Of a stretch of DNA of 64,000 nt, positions 10,916-20,126 are shown piece by piece. The translations under genes and the position numbers were made by a program. The notes below the pieces were generated by a model that was not told the origin of the DNA, ran no database searches, and saw only the letters and a list, made by a program, of their open reading frames with translations. The stretch is taken from the NCBI GenBank assembly GCA_947259115.1, contig CAMYKS010000006.1, positions 88,079 through 152,078 of the forward strand, written 5' to 3'. This stretch comes from an uncultured Desulfobulbaceae bacterium (lineage in GTDB: Bacteria; Desulfobacterota; Desulfobulbia; Desulfobulbales; BM004). Each line of letters begins with the position of its first letter. Within the stretch, counting starts at the first letter, position 1.

Positions 10916-11029
10916 GTGATAAATGTGTCAGGGGTATGGCCGCATGGGCCCAAGGCAATATTGAAAATTCCCAATAAAAACTTTTTTATATGTTGAAGGG
11001 TGAGGGGTATATCTGGAATGCTTTAAATA

Positions 11030-11069
11030 GTAAATGGGGTGTTGAAAACAATTTCAACACCCCATTTAC
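11030..11069 (-). terminator. Strong hairpin downstream of the peptidoglycan-binding protein gene
   Basis: Perfect 18-bp stem: GTAAATGGGGTGTTGAAA / TTTCAACACCCCATTTAC. Confidence 0.7.
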
Positions 11070-11121
11070 CTTCGATCATTATCTGTAGAGCATGACTTGC
11101 GTCACACAGGAAGTTACGGGC

Positions 11122-12531
11122 TTAGCGCTGGCCGATTTTAATACCCAATTGGCTGAGCATATTCATGGTCAAGCCACCGCGCGGCAGTTGCTTGGCAACC
11201 TGGTATGCATCCACAGCCTTCATGGTCTGCAGTCCCAATTTGCCGTCAATGGGTCCGGGGTCAAAGCCGGCCTTCTGCAGAGCCGCCTGGATCTGCATGT
11301 TGAGCTCCTTGGACATATTGGTCTCACAGAGCACAGAGCGCCATTCCATTTTAGCTTCACTTACCTTGACCTTTTTTGTAACCGCCTGCATTTCCGCCGG
11401 CACCTTTATGCGTTTTTCCTGGGCAGGAGAAACGAGCTTGAGAACCTTCTGGGTTTTGTACTCCGCCGGGATTTCAATTTTTTTAACAGTGGCAGGGGAT
11501 TTCATGACACGTTTTACAACAGTCTCATACTCTGACTTTGCCTCGTGCCAGCATAAAAGATTTCCTGTCGCCTTGCCAACACCCTTGGTACCTTCTGAAA
11601 ACCAGCCTGTTTTGGGTTCTGAAACTTTGACATTTAAAGTAACCGTCTCATAGACAGCTGGGATTTCAACTTTCTTTTCCTGGGGAGGGGATACCAGCTT
11701 CCTGACCTTTTGGACCTTATATTCCGCCGGAATTGAAATTTTCTTTGTGGTGGCAGGAGCTTTCAGCATTCGTTTGGTAACAGTTTTATATTCTGCCGGC
11801 ACTTCTACCAGGCACATGATCTCACCGGTGGTTCCGTCTATCCTTTCAACCAGGCCGCGCCCCTTCTTCCAGGTGGTATAGGCGGGCGCCACCAGAATCT
11901 TTTCTGTAACCGTTTCATAAACCGGCGCAATTTGCTGCAGTTTTTCCGAAGCCTGCTTAACCAATACCTTCTCTTCTACCACTGAATATTTTGCGGGAAT
12001 AACTTCTATTTTATAGGAAACGTCTTTTAACATTACTTTTTTTGTTTCTTTTTTATACTGCGCAGGTTGATGATACTCCATTAAGCATTGACCCACTTTG
12101 GGACTAGTGGGCAGACCAAGTGTCATGGCTCCAGCCACCAGGCTTGGCTCGGCAAGAGATGATTTATGTGAGCGCCCGGTCCGCCAGAACTGCTTTGCCT
12201 TTGAGACTTCAATAACCTCTTTAAGGTCTTCATAGACGGCAGGGACCGGAACAAATTCTTCAGAGGCCTCTTTCACCAGGACCTTTTCAGTCACAGTCTC
12301 ATATTTTGCCGGAATAATTTCAATTTTTTCATATGTTTCTTTTTTTACCACCTGCTCAGTTTCGCTCTTATAACCGGCAGGAATCATAACCTTTGCATAA
12401 CACTCGCCGGGTTTGGCATCCGGCAGGGATAATGGAGAAAATTCTTCCGCAGCTTCTGCAATAACAGGAGATACGGCAAATGCAAGGGCATAACTCACTA
12501 AAACAGTTTTTAATATTGTTGACCTGACCAT
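11122..12531 (-). CDS. Secreted repeat protein with C-terminal peptidoglycan-binding domain
   Basis: Signal peptide; many PA(E/V/K)Y(K/E)TV repeats; C-terminal IQAALQKAGFDPGPIDGKLGLQTMKAV (PG_binding_1-like). Confidence 0.8.
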   Translation of the reverse strand: MVRSTILKTVLVSYALAFAVSPVIAEAAEEFSPLSLPDAKPGECYAKVMIPAGYKSETEQVVKKETYEKIEIIPAKYETVTEKVLVKEASEEFVPVPAVYEDLKEVIEVSKAKQFWRTGRSHKSSLAEPSLVAGAMTLGLPTSPKVGQCLMEYHQPAQYKKETKKVMLKDVSYKIEVIPAKYSVVEEKVLVKQASEKLQQIAPVYETVTEKILVAPAYTTWKKGRGLVERIDGTTGEIMCLVEVPAEYKTVTKRMLKAPATTKKISIPAEYKVQKVRKLVSPPQEKKVEIPAVYETVTLNVKVSEPKTGWFSEGTKGVGKATGNLLCWHEAKSEYETVVKRVMKSPATVKKIEIPAEYKTQKVLKLVSPAQEKRIKVPAEMQAVTKKVKVSEAKMEWRSVLCETNMSKELNMQIQAALQKAGFDPGPIDGKLGLQTMKAVDAYQVAKQLPRGGLTMNMLSQLGIKIGQR

Positions 12532-12882
12532 AATGTTACACCTCCTTATAGTTAATTAATGAAGACAAAAGATAAGCTTTGACATCTTTGGTGGCTTAAC
12601 AGAACACTGCACATCTGTAGCCTCAGTCATTTATCAGGTACTAAAATTATAAACAAATTATTTGCCGTTATCACAATTTATGAAAAAAAGCGCAAGGGCA
12701 AAAATGATATTTATTGAGGTTTTTCGATGTTCTGGCGATAAAATCATGATGAGGTTTGTGGCTATGTGAGGAGAAAAAACCAGGGTGTGAAGATAGAAAA
12801 AATATTTAATATCGAGGTGTTATGGTGTGTGCGAGTTTAAACCGGTCAAATAGTCATGTTGCCTTTTAAATCAGTACTCACT

Positions 12883-13539
12883 TCAGGTCATCTCCAGTAA
12901 AGCTGCAACGAGATTTTCCGCCCCCTCGCCGATCTGGTCAACCCGGGCATTGAGCATATAACAGGGCGTGGTCACGACCTTGTGCTGTTTATCTACTGTA
13001 ATTTCACCATGGGAGGTTTTTTCGTGGGTAGCGCCCATCCTGGTCAACGCTTTTTCTGTTTCCGGGTCCTGGCCAATGGTCACCAGGACATTGCCTAAAA
13101 TTTTAGCAATGATGGCAGGGGCGATACAGAGTGCGCCAATGGGTTTCTTTTGAGCTGCTGTTTCCTGCACCGCCCTGACCACATCCTCATTCACAGAACA
13201 GTCAGGCCCATCAAAGGCAAAGGTGGAAAGATTTTTAGCCGCCCCGAGTCCTCCCGGCATTATGAGCCCATCGTAATCTGCTGCCTTAAAGTCCCTGAGG
13301 TCCTTTATGTTACCCCGGGCGATCCGGGCCGATTCAACAAGGACATTTCTTTTTTCAGCCATTTCCCGGCCCGTGATAAAATTGAGGACATGGTGTTGGG
13401 GTATATCCGGGGCAAAACACTGGAACTCTGCCCCGTGCTTATGAATGGCCCACAGGGTCATTACCGACTCATGGATCTCCGCCCCATCCTTGTTGCCGCA
13501 ACCAGATAGAATTACTGCGAATTTCTTCTTGTCAGCCAT
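12883..13539 (-). CDS. elbB: ElbB/ES1 glyoxalase (DJ-1/PfpI family)
   Basis: AVILSGCGNKDGAEIHE, RNVLVESARIARG, PGGLGAAKNLS, CIAPA and TTPCYM motifs; start taken at MADKKK. Confidence 0.9.
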   Translation of the reverse strand: MADKKKFAVILSGCGNKDGAEIHESVMTLWAIHKHGAEFQCFAPDIPQHHVLNFITGREMAEKRNVLVESARIARGNIKDLRDFKAADYDGLIMPGGLGAAKNLSTFAFDGPDCSVNEDVVRAVQETAAQKKPIGALCIAPAIIAKILGNVLVTIGQDPETEKALTRMGATHEKTSHGEITVDKQHKVVTTPCYMLNARVDQIGEGAENLVAALLEMT

Positions 13540-13585
13540 TTTGTGTCTCCTGGTTCTGGAAAATGGTTTTTCAGGTACCATATTC

Positions 13586-13741
13586 AAAGTTTAAAGTGCC
13601 TAAAGTGCCTAAAGTGAGCTAAAGTGAGCTAAAGTACCCCGCAAGGGGGCATAAATGCCTAAAGTTGTTAATCTGAGTAGTGTGTATTGGTTTTATTCTT
13701 TTAAAACTTTAGTCACTCGTAACTTTAGTCACTTTCAACTT
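13586..13741. repeat. Intergenic short tandem and inverted repeats
   Basis: TAAAGTGCC x2 and TAAAGTGAGC x2, facing AACTTTAGTCACT x2. Confidence 0.7.
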
Positions 13742-14267
13742 ATACATCATATACATCTTTCAGATGATAAATTTCGGGGTAATGCCTGTGCTGCTCCCTG
13801 CAGTCAAGGCCGTAGCCGACCAGAAAGCCCTTCTTGATCTCAAAACCGACATAATCGACTGCCACCCCAACTTCTCTCCGCTCCTTTTTGTCGATCAAGG
13901 CACAAAAGTGGACCGAATGCGCGCCGCGGTTTTCAAAGGACTGTTTCAGGAGCGCCATGGTGCGTCCGGTGTCAATAATATCATCCACAAGAAGAATATC
14001 CTTGCCCTGTACATCCAGTTCTATGTCCTTGGTAAACCTGAGAGTGCCGGAGGTTGTACCCATGCCGTAGCTGGTCACCCTGACAAAGTCGATTTCCATT
14101 TCCAGCTTTATATTCCGGACCAGATCCGCCATTAACATAAAGGCGCCATTCAGGATGCCTACAACCAGAAGTTGACCATGTTCGTAATCCTCCGTGATAG
14201 CAGCGCCAAGCTCTTTAACGCGTTTGGCGATATCTGTTTGTTTGATGACTAGCTCTTTTTCTGGCAT
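13740..14267 (-). CDS. hpt: Hypoxanthine phosphoribosyltransferase
   Basis: VGILNGAF, PRPP-binding LLVDDIIDTGRT and FLVGYGLD motifs. Confidence 0.95.
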   Translation of the reverse strand: MPEKELVIKQTDIAKRVKELGAAITEDYEHGQLLVVGILNGAFMLMADLVRNIKLEMEIDFVRVTSYGMGTTSGTLRFTKDIELDVQGKDILLVDDIIDTGRTMALLKQSFENRGAHSVHFCALIDKKERREVGVAVDYVGFEIKKGFLVGYGLDCREQHRHYPEIYHLKDVYDV

Positions 14268-14446
14268 GATGTCCTTGAAACGAAGTAATAAGTAAGTGTA
14301 AATTTAGTTTTCTTTTTCTTTCATAACAACAATTTTTTGAAATCATAATACATTCTACCGGTTTTGCTGATCAACAAAATGCGATATAGTGGGTTCTCGC
14401 ACTATCACTATGTATCAAATTAACAGATGAGAAGGGTATTAATTGC

Positions 14447-15178
14447 TTGATATCAAATAAAAACATGAAGGAAATGGCCAGGAATACACTTTTTGTCACA
14501 GGAACAGACACATCTGTGGGCAAGACATATGTCTGTGCCAGGCTCCTTGAGTTTCTGAAAACTAGGGGAATACAGGCCGGCTACCAGAAATGGATTGCCA
14601 CTGGTGTTGATGCCGGGCTGGCCGAAGACCTTGCCCTCTGCCTGGGGGCAGCCTCAATTGCAGCAACGCCGGAGCTTGTTCAACTGCAGACCCCCTATTG
14701 TTTCAGGTTTCCTGCCTCCCCACATCTGGCTGCTGAAATGGAAGAAAAGGTGGTGGATCCCGAAGTCATTATTGAAAAGTACTCAATCCTGGCGGCAAGG
14801 TATGAGTGGCTCATTGTGGAAGGAGTGGGCGGCCTTATGGTTCCTTTGCGGCGGGATCTGCTCCTCGCTGACCTGCTGGCCCGGCTGCAGCCCAGGACCC
14901 TTATAGTGGCCCGCAGCGGCCTTGGCACCTTAAACCATACCCTGCTTACCCTTGAAGTCCTGCGCCACAGGCACATTCAGGTTCTTGGTGTTGTCTTTTC
15001 AGATTCGGTGGAGCAGGAAGACGAGAGGCTGGTGCTTGACAACATGCAGACCATAGAAGAAATTGGGCTTGTGCCGGTGTTCGGCCGCCTGCAGCGGCAG
15101 CAAAACACAGAAAAGGCGAAAAGTGCATTCATGCCCGTTGGGCAGGCCATTTTGGATCAATTAAATAATGCAGAGTGA
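14447..15178 (+). CDS. bioD: Dethiobiotin synthase
   Basis: FVTGTDTSVGKT, ASPHLAA, IVEGVGG and GLGTLNHTLLT motifs. Confidence 0.95.
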   Translation: MISNKNMKEMARNTLFVTGTDTSVGKTYVCARLLEFLKTRGIQAGYQKWIATGVDAGLAEDLALCLGAASIAATPELVQLQTPYCFRFPASPHLAAEMEEKVVDPEVIIEKYSILAARYEWLIVEGVGGLMVPLRRDLLLADLLARLQPRTLIVARSGLGTLNHTLLTLEVLRHRHIQVLGVVFSDSVEQEDERLVLDNMQTIEEIGLVPVFGRLQRQQNTEKAKSAFMPVGQAILDQLNNAE

Positions 15179-15366
15179 TAAAAAAAAGCATTTTTGAAAT
15201 TTATAGGTAGAACTACTGGTTTTTTTATGATATGTTTTTCGCCTATCGTATTGACAAAGAGCAGTCTTTTATGTAATTTCGTCAGGTCGCATAACCAAAC
15301 AGTAGAGAGTGATTAACACAGGGCTAAAACCCTAAATATTTTATATCATTTAAAAAGAGGTTTCTT

Positions 15367-15930
15367 ATGTCTGTGACGACCAAGGAAATCACCCCTGCCT
15401 TTAATTCTGAAGTAACAAAGGCGCAGGGCGGCCAACATCTCAACCGCTGTTTTTCCTGCGGTGCCTGCAGCGGTATCTGTCCTGTCAGTCAGGCAATTTC
15501 CGACTTTGACCCCCGTAAGATAATCCACATGGTGCGCATGGGATTAAAAGACCGGCTGCTGAAGTCAGATCTGCTCTGGTTTTGTTCCCAATGCAAAAGC
15601 TGTGTTTTTGTTTGCCCCCAGGATGTCCGCTTTGCCGAGATCGTCCAGGCTCTCTGGGATATGGCATATGAGCAGGGTTACATAACCGACCAGGATACCC
15701 TTGATAAGGGGAAATCAGCCTGGGTTGAGCGCGACAAATGTGTGTCCTGCCTTACCTGTGTCCGGGTATGCCCATGGGAGATTCCAAAGATAGATGGTGA
15801 AGGTGTTGCCACCATTGATGTCAGGGACTGCAAGGCCTGCGGCATCTGTGTGGCGGAGTGTCCGGCCCAGGCCATCATGCTCAATCAATCCCAGGATGAA
15901 ATTCTGATCGCTGCCTGCGGCAGTAAATAA
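15367..15930 (+). CDS. HdrC-like 4Fe-4S protein fused to a C-terminal 2[4Fe-4S] ferredoxin domain
   Basis: CFSCGACSGICP / PRKII / LWFCSQCKSCVFVCP, then CVSCLTCVRVCP and CKACGICVAECP. Confidence 0.85.
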   Translation: MSVTTKEITPAFNSEVTKAQGGQHLNRCFSCGACSGICPVSQAISDFDPRKIIHMVRMGLKDRLLKSDLLWFCSQCKSCVFVCPQDVRFAEIVQALWDMAYEQGYITDQDTLDKGKSAWVERDKCVSCLTCVRVCPWEIPKIDGEGVATIDVRDCKACGICVAECPAQAIMLNQSQDEILIAACGSK

Positions 15931-15955
15931 GACCACCTTTTGGCTGGAGTATACA

Positions 15956-16381
15956 ATGAGCGACTTTACACCAAATATTAAAGCATTCTGTTGTCATTAT
16001 ACCTCGCAGCAAACCTGTGCTGAGGGGACCGAAGGCCTCAAGCAGGATGGGTTTCCCGAAAGTGTTTCCCTGTTCCGGGTGCCGTGTACAGGAAAAATAC
16101 AGGTCAGCGCTCTCCTGCAGGCCTTTGAGGATGGAGCCGATGCAGTTTATGTCGTGGGTTGCCCGGTTGACAGCTGCCACAATGTCAAAGGCAGTCAGAG
16201 GGCTGCAAAAAGGGTTGTCGCCGTTAAGCAGGCCTTAAGCGAACTGGACGTGGAAGCTGAGCGCATTGAAATGTTTCACCTGGAAAGGGGCTTTCACCCT
16301 GAATTTGTTGCGGTTGCCCAGGAAATGGATAAGAAAATCAAAGAATTAGGGCCGAGCCCGCTCAAAGGAGAATCAGCATGA
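15956..16381 (+). CDS. mvhD: MvhD/FlpD-family [2Fe-2S] subunit
   Basis: AFCC, RVPCTGK, AFEDGADAVYVVGC...CH..KG and ELGPSP motifs. Confidence 0.85.
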   Translation: MSDFTPNIKAFCCHYTSQQTCAEGTEGLKQDGFPESVSLFRVPCTGKIQVSALLQAFEDGADAVYVVGCPVDSCHNVKGSQRAAKRVVAVKQALSELDVEAERIEMFHLERGFHPEFVAVAQEMDKKIKELGPSPLKGESA

Positions 16382-17046
16382 TAATTGCCGAGCGCAAGCC
16401 TGTTGGAGAGATAGTTGATATGACCAGGGACCATAAAAAGGTTTTGGTCCTTGGATGCCGTGGATGTGTTACAGTATGCTCCGCCGGGGGTGAAAGGGAG
16501 GTTGAACTGCTGGCATCTCTCATCCGTCTTGGCGCCAAAAAAGAAGGGCGTAAGATAGAGGTTCAGGAAGGGACCCTGGTCCGCCAATGCGATAAAGAGT
16601 ATGTGGATAGCCTGGATAACTGGAAAGGTAAGTATGATGCCATTGTTTCCATGGCCTGCGGTGTCGGGGTAAATTTCATCGCCAACCTGCGACCGACAAC
16701 CATGGTCTACCCTGCTGTTAACACGACCTTTTTCGGAGGCTCGGCTGATCAGGGCGTCTGGACTGAGCAGTGTGCCGGCTGCGGCAACTGCGTCCTGCAC
16801 CTGACCGGCGGCCTGTGCCCTGTTGCAAGGTGTGCCAAAAGCCTTATGAACGGTCCCTGCGGCGGTTCCCAGAATGCAAAATGCGAGATTCATTCGGAGG
16901 TTGATTGTATCTGGCAGCTGATCCATGACCGTCTTGAGCGCCTGGACCGCAAGGAGCAGATGTTGGAAGTTGCCCCGATCCGTGACTGGCGGCCGGCCGG
17001 GCATGGCGGTCCCCGCAAAACACTGCGGGACGATCTTTCCGTATAA
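16378..17046 (+). CDS. metV: Methylene-THF reductase small subunit MetV (MTHFR C-terminal-like)
   Basis: MIIAERKP, GCRGCVTVC, RQCD, CAGCGNC, CPVARCAKSLMNGPCGG and DCIWQLI motifs. Confidence 0.88.
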   Translation: MIIAERKPVGEIVDMTRDHKKVLVLGCRGCVTVCSAGGEREVELLASLIRLGAKKEGRKIEVQEGTLVRQCDKEYVDSLDNWKGKYDAIVSMACGVGVNFIANLRPTTMVYPAVNTTFFGGSADQGVWTEQCAGCGNCVLHLTGGLCPVARCAKSLMNGPCGGSQNAKCEIHSEVDCIWQLIHDRLERLDRKEQMLEVAPIRDWRPAGHGGPRKTLRDDLSV

Positions 17047-17060
17047 GCTGCACCAATGTC

Positions 17061-17573
17061 ATGGTGCCGCTCTTAGCTATTATTGGCAAAAAGAACAGCG
17101 GCAAGACCACTCTTATCGAAAGACTTATCCCCGAGCTTATCGACCTGGGGTACCAGGTAGGTACCATCAAGCACCACCACGGTGATATAAGCATGGACCA
17201 GCCCGGCAAGGATACCTGGCGCCACAAGCAGGCAGGCGCCAAAGCTGTGGTGCTTTCGGCGCCAACCGGCCTGGGCCTGATTCGTGATACTTCCAGGGAA
17301 ATCCCAGTACAAGAGCTTGTCCGCCTCTACTTTTCTGACATGGACCTGGTGCTGACCGAGGGCTACAAAAAAGAAGCAATTCCCCAGGTTGAGATCTTCA
17401 GAAGTACTATCCATGCTGACCCCCTGCCCGACACCGGAGGCAACCTTATCGCCACCATGAGCGACGTAGAAACCGACCGGAATATACCTCATTTTGTATT
17501 GGGCGCAAACAAGGCATTAGCACAATTCATTGCTGAAAAAATCATTATGCCCTGCAGGAAAGAAAATTCCTGA
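17061..17573 (+). CDS. mobB: Molybdopterin-guanine dinucleotide biosynthesis protein B
   Basis: GKKNSGKTTLIE, IKHHH, DQPGKDTWRH and VLTEGYK motifs. Confidence 0.93.
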   Translation: MVPLLAIIGKKNSGKTTLIERLIPELIDLGYQVGTIKHHHGDISMDQPGKDTWRHKQAGAKAVVLSAPTGLGLIRDTSREIPVQELVRLYFSDMDLVLTEGYKKEAIPQVEIFRSTIHADPLPDTGGNLIATMSDVETDRNIPHFVLGANKALAQFIAEKIIMPCRKENS

Positions 17574-17685
17574 CCCCAGAAGAAAGCTTGCCAACTCCTC
17601 CCCTAACGGTTAACAATATTTATTTCTGCATAGAGCAGTTCCAGCGGTCGTTATCCATGCACCATCGCAGTCTTCAAGGAATAAT

Positions 17686-18261
17686 ATGGTTACAATAAAT
17701 AATATCACAGGGGTCATTCTGGCCGGTGGGCGCAGCACCAGATTTGGCAGTAACAAGGCCCTGGCAATGGTGCATGGCAAGCCCCTGATCCAGAATATTG
17801 CTGACCAGATGACAAGCATGTTTGCAGATTGCCTGCTGGTTACCAATTTGCCACAAGAGTATGCATTTTTGGGTTTAGCAATGACCGGTGACCTCTACCG
17901 GGAAAAGGGGCCGCTGGCCGGCATTCATGCGGCGCTTCAGCATATGAGCACAGCGCGCGCCTTTATCGTGGCCTGCGATATGCCCAATATATCACCTGAA
18001 TTGATCCGCTATTTATGCTCTATTAACGAACAGGATTATGATGCCGTAATCCCGTGGCTGCAGAAGGGCCAGGAGCCGCTTTTCGGGGTTTACCACAAAA
18101 AGTCAGCACCAATTATAGAGACCTGTTTGCAGCAAAATGATTGCCAGATCATAAGGGCATTGGCAGCACTTCATGTAAGGCGGGTCAGCGAAGAAGAAAT
18201 AATGCCCATAACAGGGGGCCTTGCCTGCTTTAAGAATATAAACCGGCCTGAAGATCTCTAG
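17686..18261 (+). CDS. mobA: Molybdenum cofactor guanylyltransferase
   Basis: GVILAGGRSTRFGSNKA, GPLAGI, ACDMP and NINRPEDL motifs. Confidence 0.93.
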   Translation: MVTINNITGVILAGGRSTRFGSNKALAMVHGKPLIQNIADQMTSMFADCLLVTNLPQEYAFLGLAMTGDLYREKGPLAGIHAALQHMSTARAFIVACDMPNISPELIRYLCSINEQDYDAVIPWLQKGQEPLFGVYHKKSAPIIETCLQQNDCQIIRALAALHVRRVSEEEIMPITGGLACFKNINRPEDL

Positions 18262-18265
18262 CCAT

Positions 18266-19093
18266 TCAACTCTTCTTTAGTGCTTCCGGGCCCTCCCTGC
18301 AGACAGCCTGTTCCTCATCAAGCAGTTTTGTGATTGTTGGATTCTCTCCGCAGATTGGGCAGTTTTTCTGTTTCTTGAGCCTGATTTTGTGGAAATCCAT
18401 GCTTTTGGCATCAAAGGTTAACAGTGTATCGGTCAGCGGTTCACCAACCTCCAGTATATATTTCAAAGCCTCTGTTGCCTGGATTGTGCCGAGCATGCCG
18501 GCAATGGCCCCCAACACTCCGGCCTGGGAGCAGGTCGGCACAGCACCGGCAGCCGGCGGTTTATTGAAAGCACAGCGATAACAGGCGGATCTGCCGGGCA
18601 GCACGGTCATGGTCTGCCCTTCAAAGCGTAATATGCCGCCGTGGGAAAAGGGAATGTTTTCAAATATGCAGGCATCATTTATGAGAAATTTGGTTGCAAA
18701 ATTATCGGACCCGTCAATGATAAAATCATATTCACTGATGATAGCACGGATATTGGCAGCGCAAAGATGTATAGCATGCGTTCTTACTGTTATATCAGGG
18801 TTGATGGCGCGCATCTTCTCTGCTGCAGAATCAACCTTTGGTTGCTTAATATCCTTTGTGAAATGGGCTATCTGGCGCTGCAGGTTGGAGATTTCCACGT
18901 AGTCGTGATCGGCAATACCGAGAGTACCGATTCCCGCGGCGGCAAGGTAGAGTGCTGCCGGTGAACCCAGGCCGCCGGCACCGACAATTAAGACCTTGGC
19001 CCGCATTATTTTTTCCTGGCCTTCGACACCGACTTCCTGGAGAAGAATATGGCGGCTGTAGCGTTCCAGTTGTGACTCGCTGAAATCGATCAT
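18266..19093 (-). CDS. moeB: MoeB/ThiF family adenylyltransferase
   Basis: RYSRHILL, VGAGGLGS, SNLQRQ, DGSDNF and CYRC...CPIC motifs. Confidence 0.88.
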   Translation of the reverse strand: MIDFSESQLERYSRHILLQEVGVEGQEKIMRAKVLIVGAGGLGSPAALYLAAAGIGTLGIADHDYVEISNLQRQIAHFTKDIKQPKVDSAAEKMRAINPDITVRTHAIHLCAANIRAIISEYDFIIDGSDNFATKFLINDACIFENIPFSHGGILRFEGQTMTVLPGRSACYRCAFNKPPAAGAVPTCSQAGVLGAIAGMLGTIQATEALKYILEVGEPLTDTLLTFDAKSMDFHKIRLKKQKNCPICGENPTITKLLDEEQAVCREGPEALKKS

Positions 19094-19136
19094 GGTTTTT
19101 TTTAAAGTACCGCTTTACTGTGCTTTTTTTACAATT

Positions 19137-20078
19137 TTAAATACGCGAACCAACTGCCTCATAATGGGCTGCCCTGTCTTTTTCAGGAAGGGCGAGAAAT
19201 TCGTCTATGGCAGCCAGCATTTCCTCTTTGTCGTCTTTAACCCTGCCGGAAACATTTACATAGTTATTCTGATGATCGCAGGCCACGAAGGTGGCAAGCT
19301 TGCTGTCAAGCTTTTCAAGCAGAAGTCTCAGTTCCAGAACAGTGCCTTCCGGAGTCTGCGGTATGAAAGTGCCGGCCCGTATCTCTTGAAAAAGAGGGCT
19401 CTCGGGACCGCCAAAGACGGTATCGCCCTTATAGAGCCACAGCCTCCTGAGCCGCAGAAAATCAGGTTCTGTTTCATTTATGAGGCTGGCTGTCTCAAGA
19501 ATATGGCGCTGCCAGTGATCCCTGCCGCCAAGGCCCAGCAGTACGTAAAACGAAACTTCTATACCGGCCTCCCTGAGCCAGCTCGTCGCTTCTTTGACCA
19601 TTCTGGGTGACTGCCCTTTGCGGTGAAAGTTCAGGGTTTGGGCATCCCCGGATTCTAGGCCTATATGGACACGGTTAAGGCCGGCCTGGGCCAGATGCAG
19701 GATACCGTGTTTTTTCAACTTCCAGAGTGTTGATGTCCTGGCATAGGCGGTGAGCCGCTTGACCGGTAAAACCTGGCGAAGATATTGGGCGATTTCCATG
19801 AAAGCCTCGAGCCCGATCTGCAGGGGGTCGGCATCGCCGAAAAAAACGTTTTCCGCCCGTGGATGGCGTTCTTTGAGAAGATCTATATCATGCTTGACTT
19901 CAGGTACAGTTCTGGTGGAAAAGGTTGCTTGGCCCAGGTGCGGATACAGGCCGCAGAACCGACAGCGGTTCCATTTGCAGCCCCTGGTCAAGCGCACGAG
20001 CAGACTGCGGTATTCGCTTGGCGGACGAATAATCAGAGTTTCCGGCACTTCTCTTATGTTACTCATACCAGCGATCAC
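19137..20078 (-). CDS. Radical SAM protein of unknown function
   Basis: IRPPSE followed by CKWNRCRFC (CxxxCxxC); HIGLESGD. Confidence 0.88.
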   Translation of the reverse strand: MIAGMSNIREVPETLIIRPPSEYRSLLVRLTRGCKWNRCRFCGLYPHLGQATFSTRTVPEVKHDIDLLKERHPRAENVFFGDADPLQIGLEAFMEIAQYLRQVLPVKRLTAYARTSTLWKLKKHGILHLAQAGLNRVHIGLESGDAQTLNFHRKGQSPRMVKEATSWLREAGIEVSFYVLLGLGGRDHWQRHILETASLINETEPDFLRLRRLWLYKGDTVFGGPESPLFQEIRAGTFIPQTPEGTVLELRLLLEKLDSKLATFVACDHQNNYVNVSGRVKDDKEEMLAAIDEFLALPEKDRAAHYEAVGSRI

Positions 20079-20126
20079 CCTAAATTAAGCATGCAGCTTC
20101 TAATTTGCTTTTTAAAAAACAACAAA

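Noticed and set aside
10776-10958. 60-aa ORF overlapping the MITE
   Set aside because: No transposase-like motif; crosses the element boundary and is probably spurious
19137-20078. Second radical SAM as part of the peptide system
   Set aside because: No SPASM domain; lies outside the direct-repeat-bounded block, in a housekeeping operon
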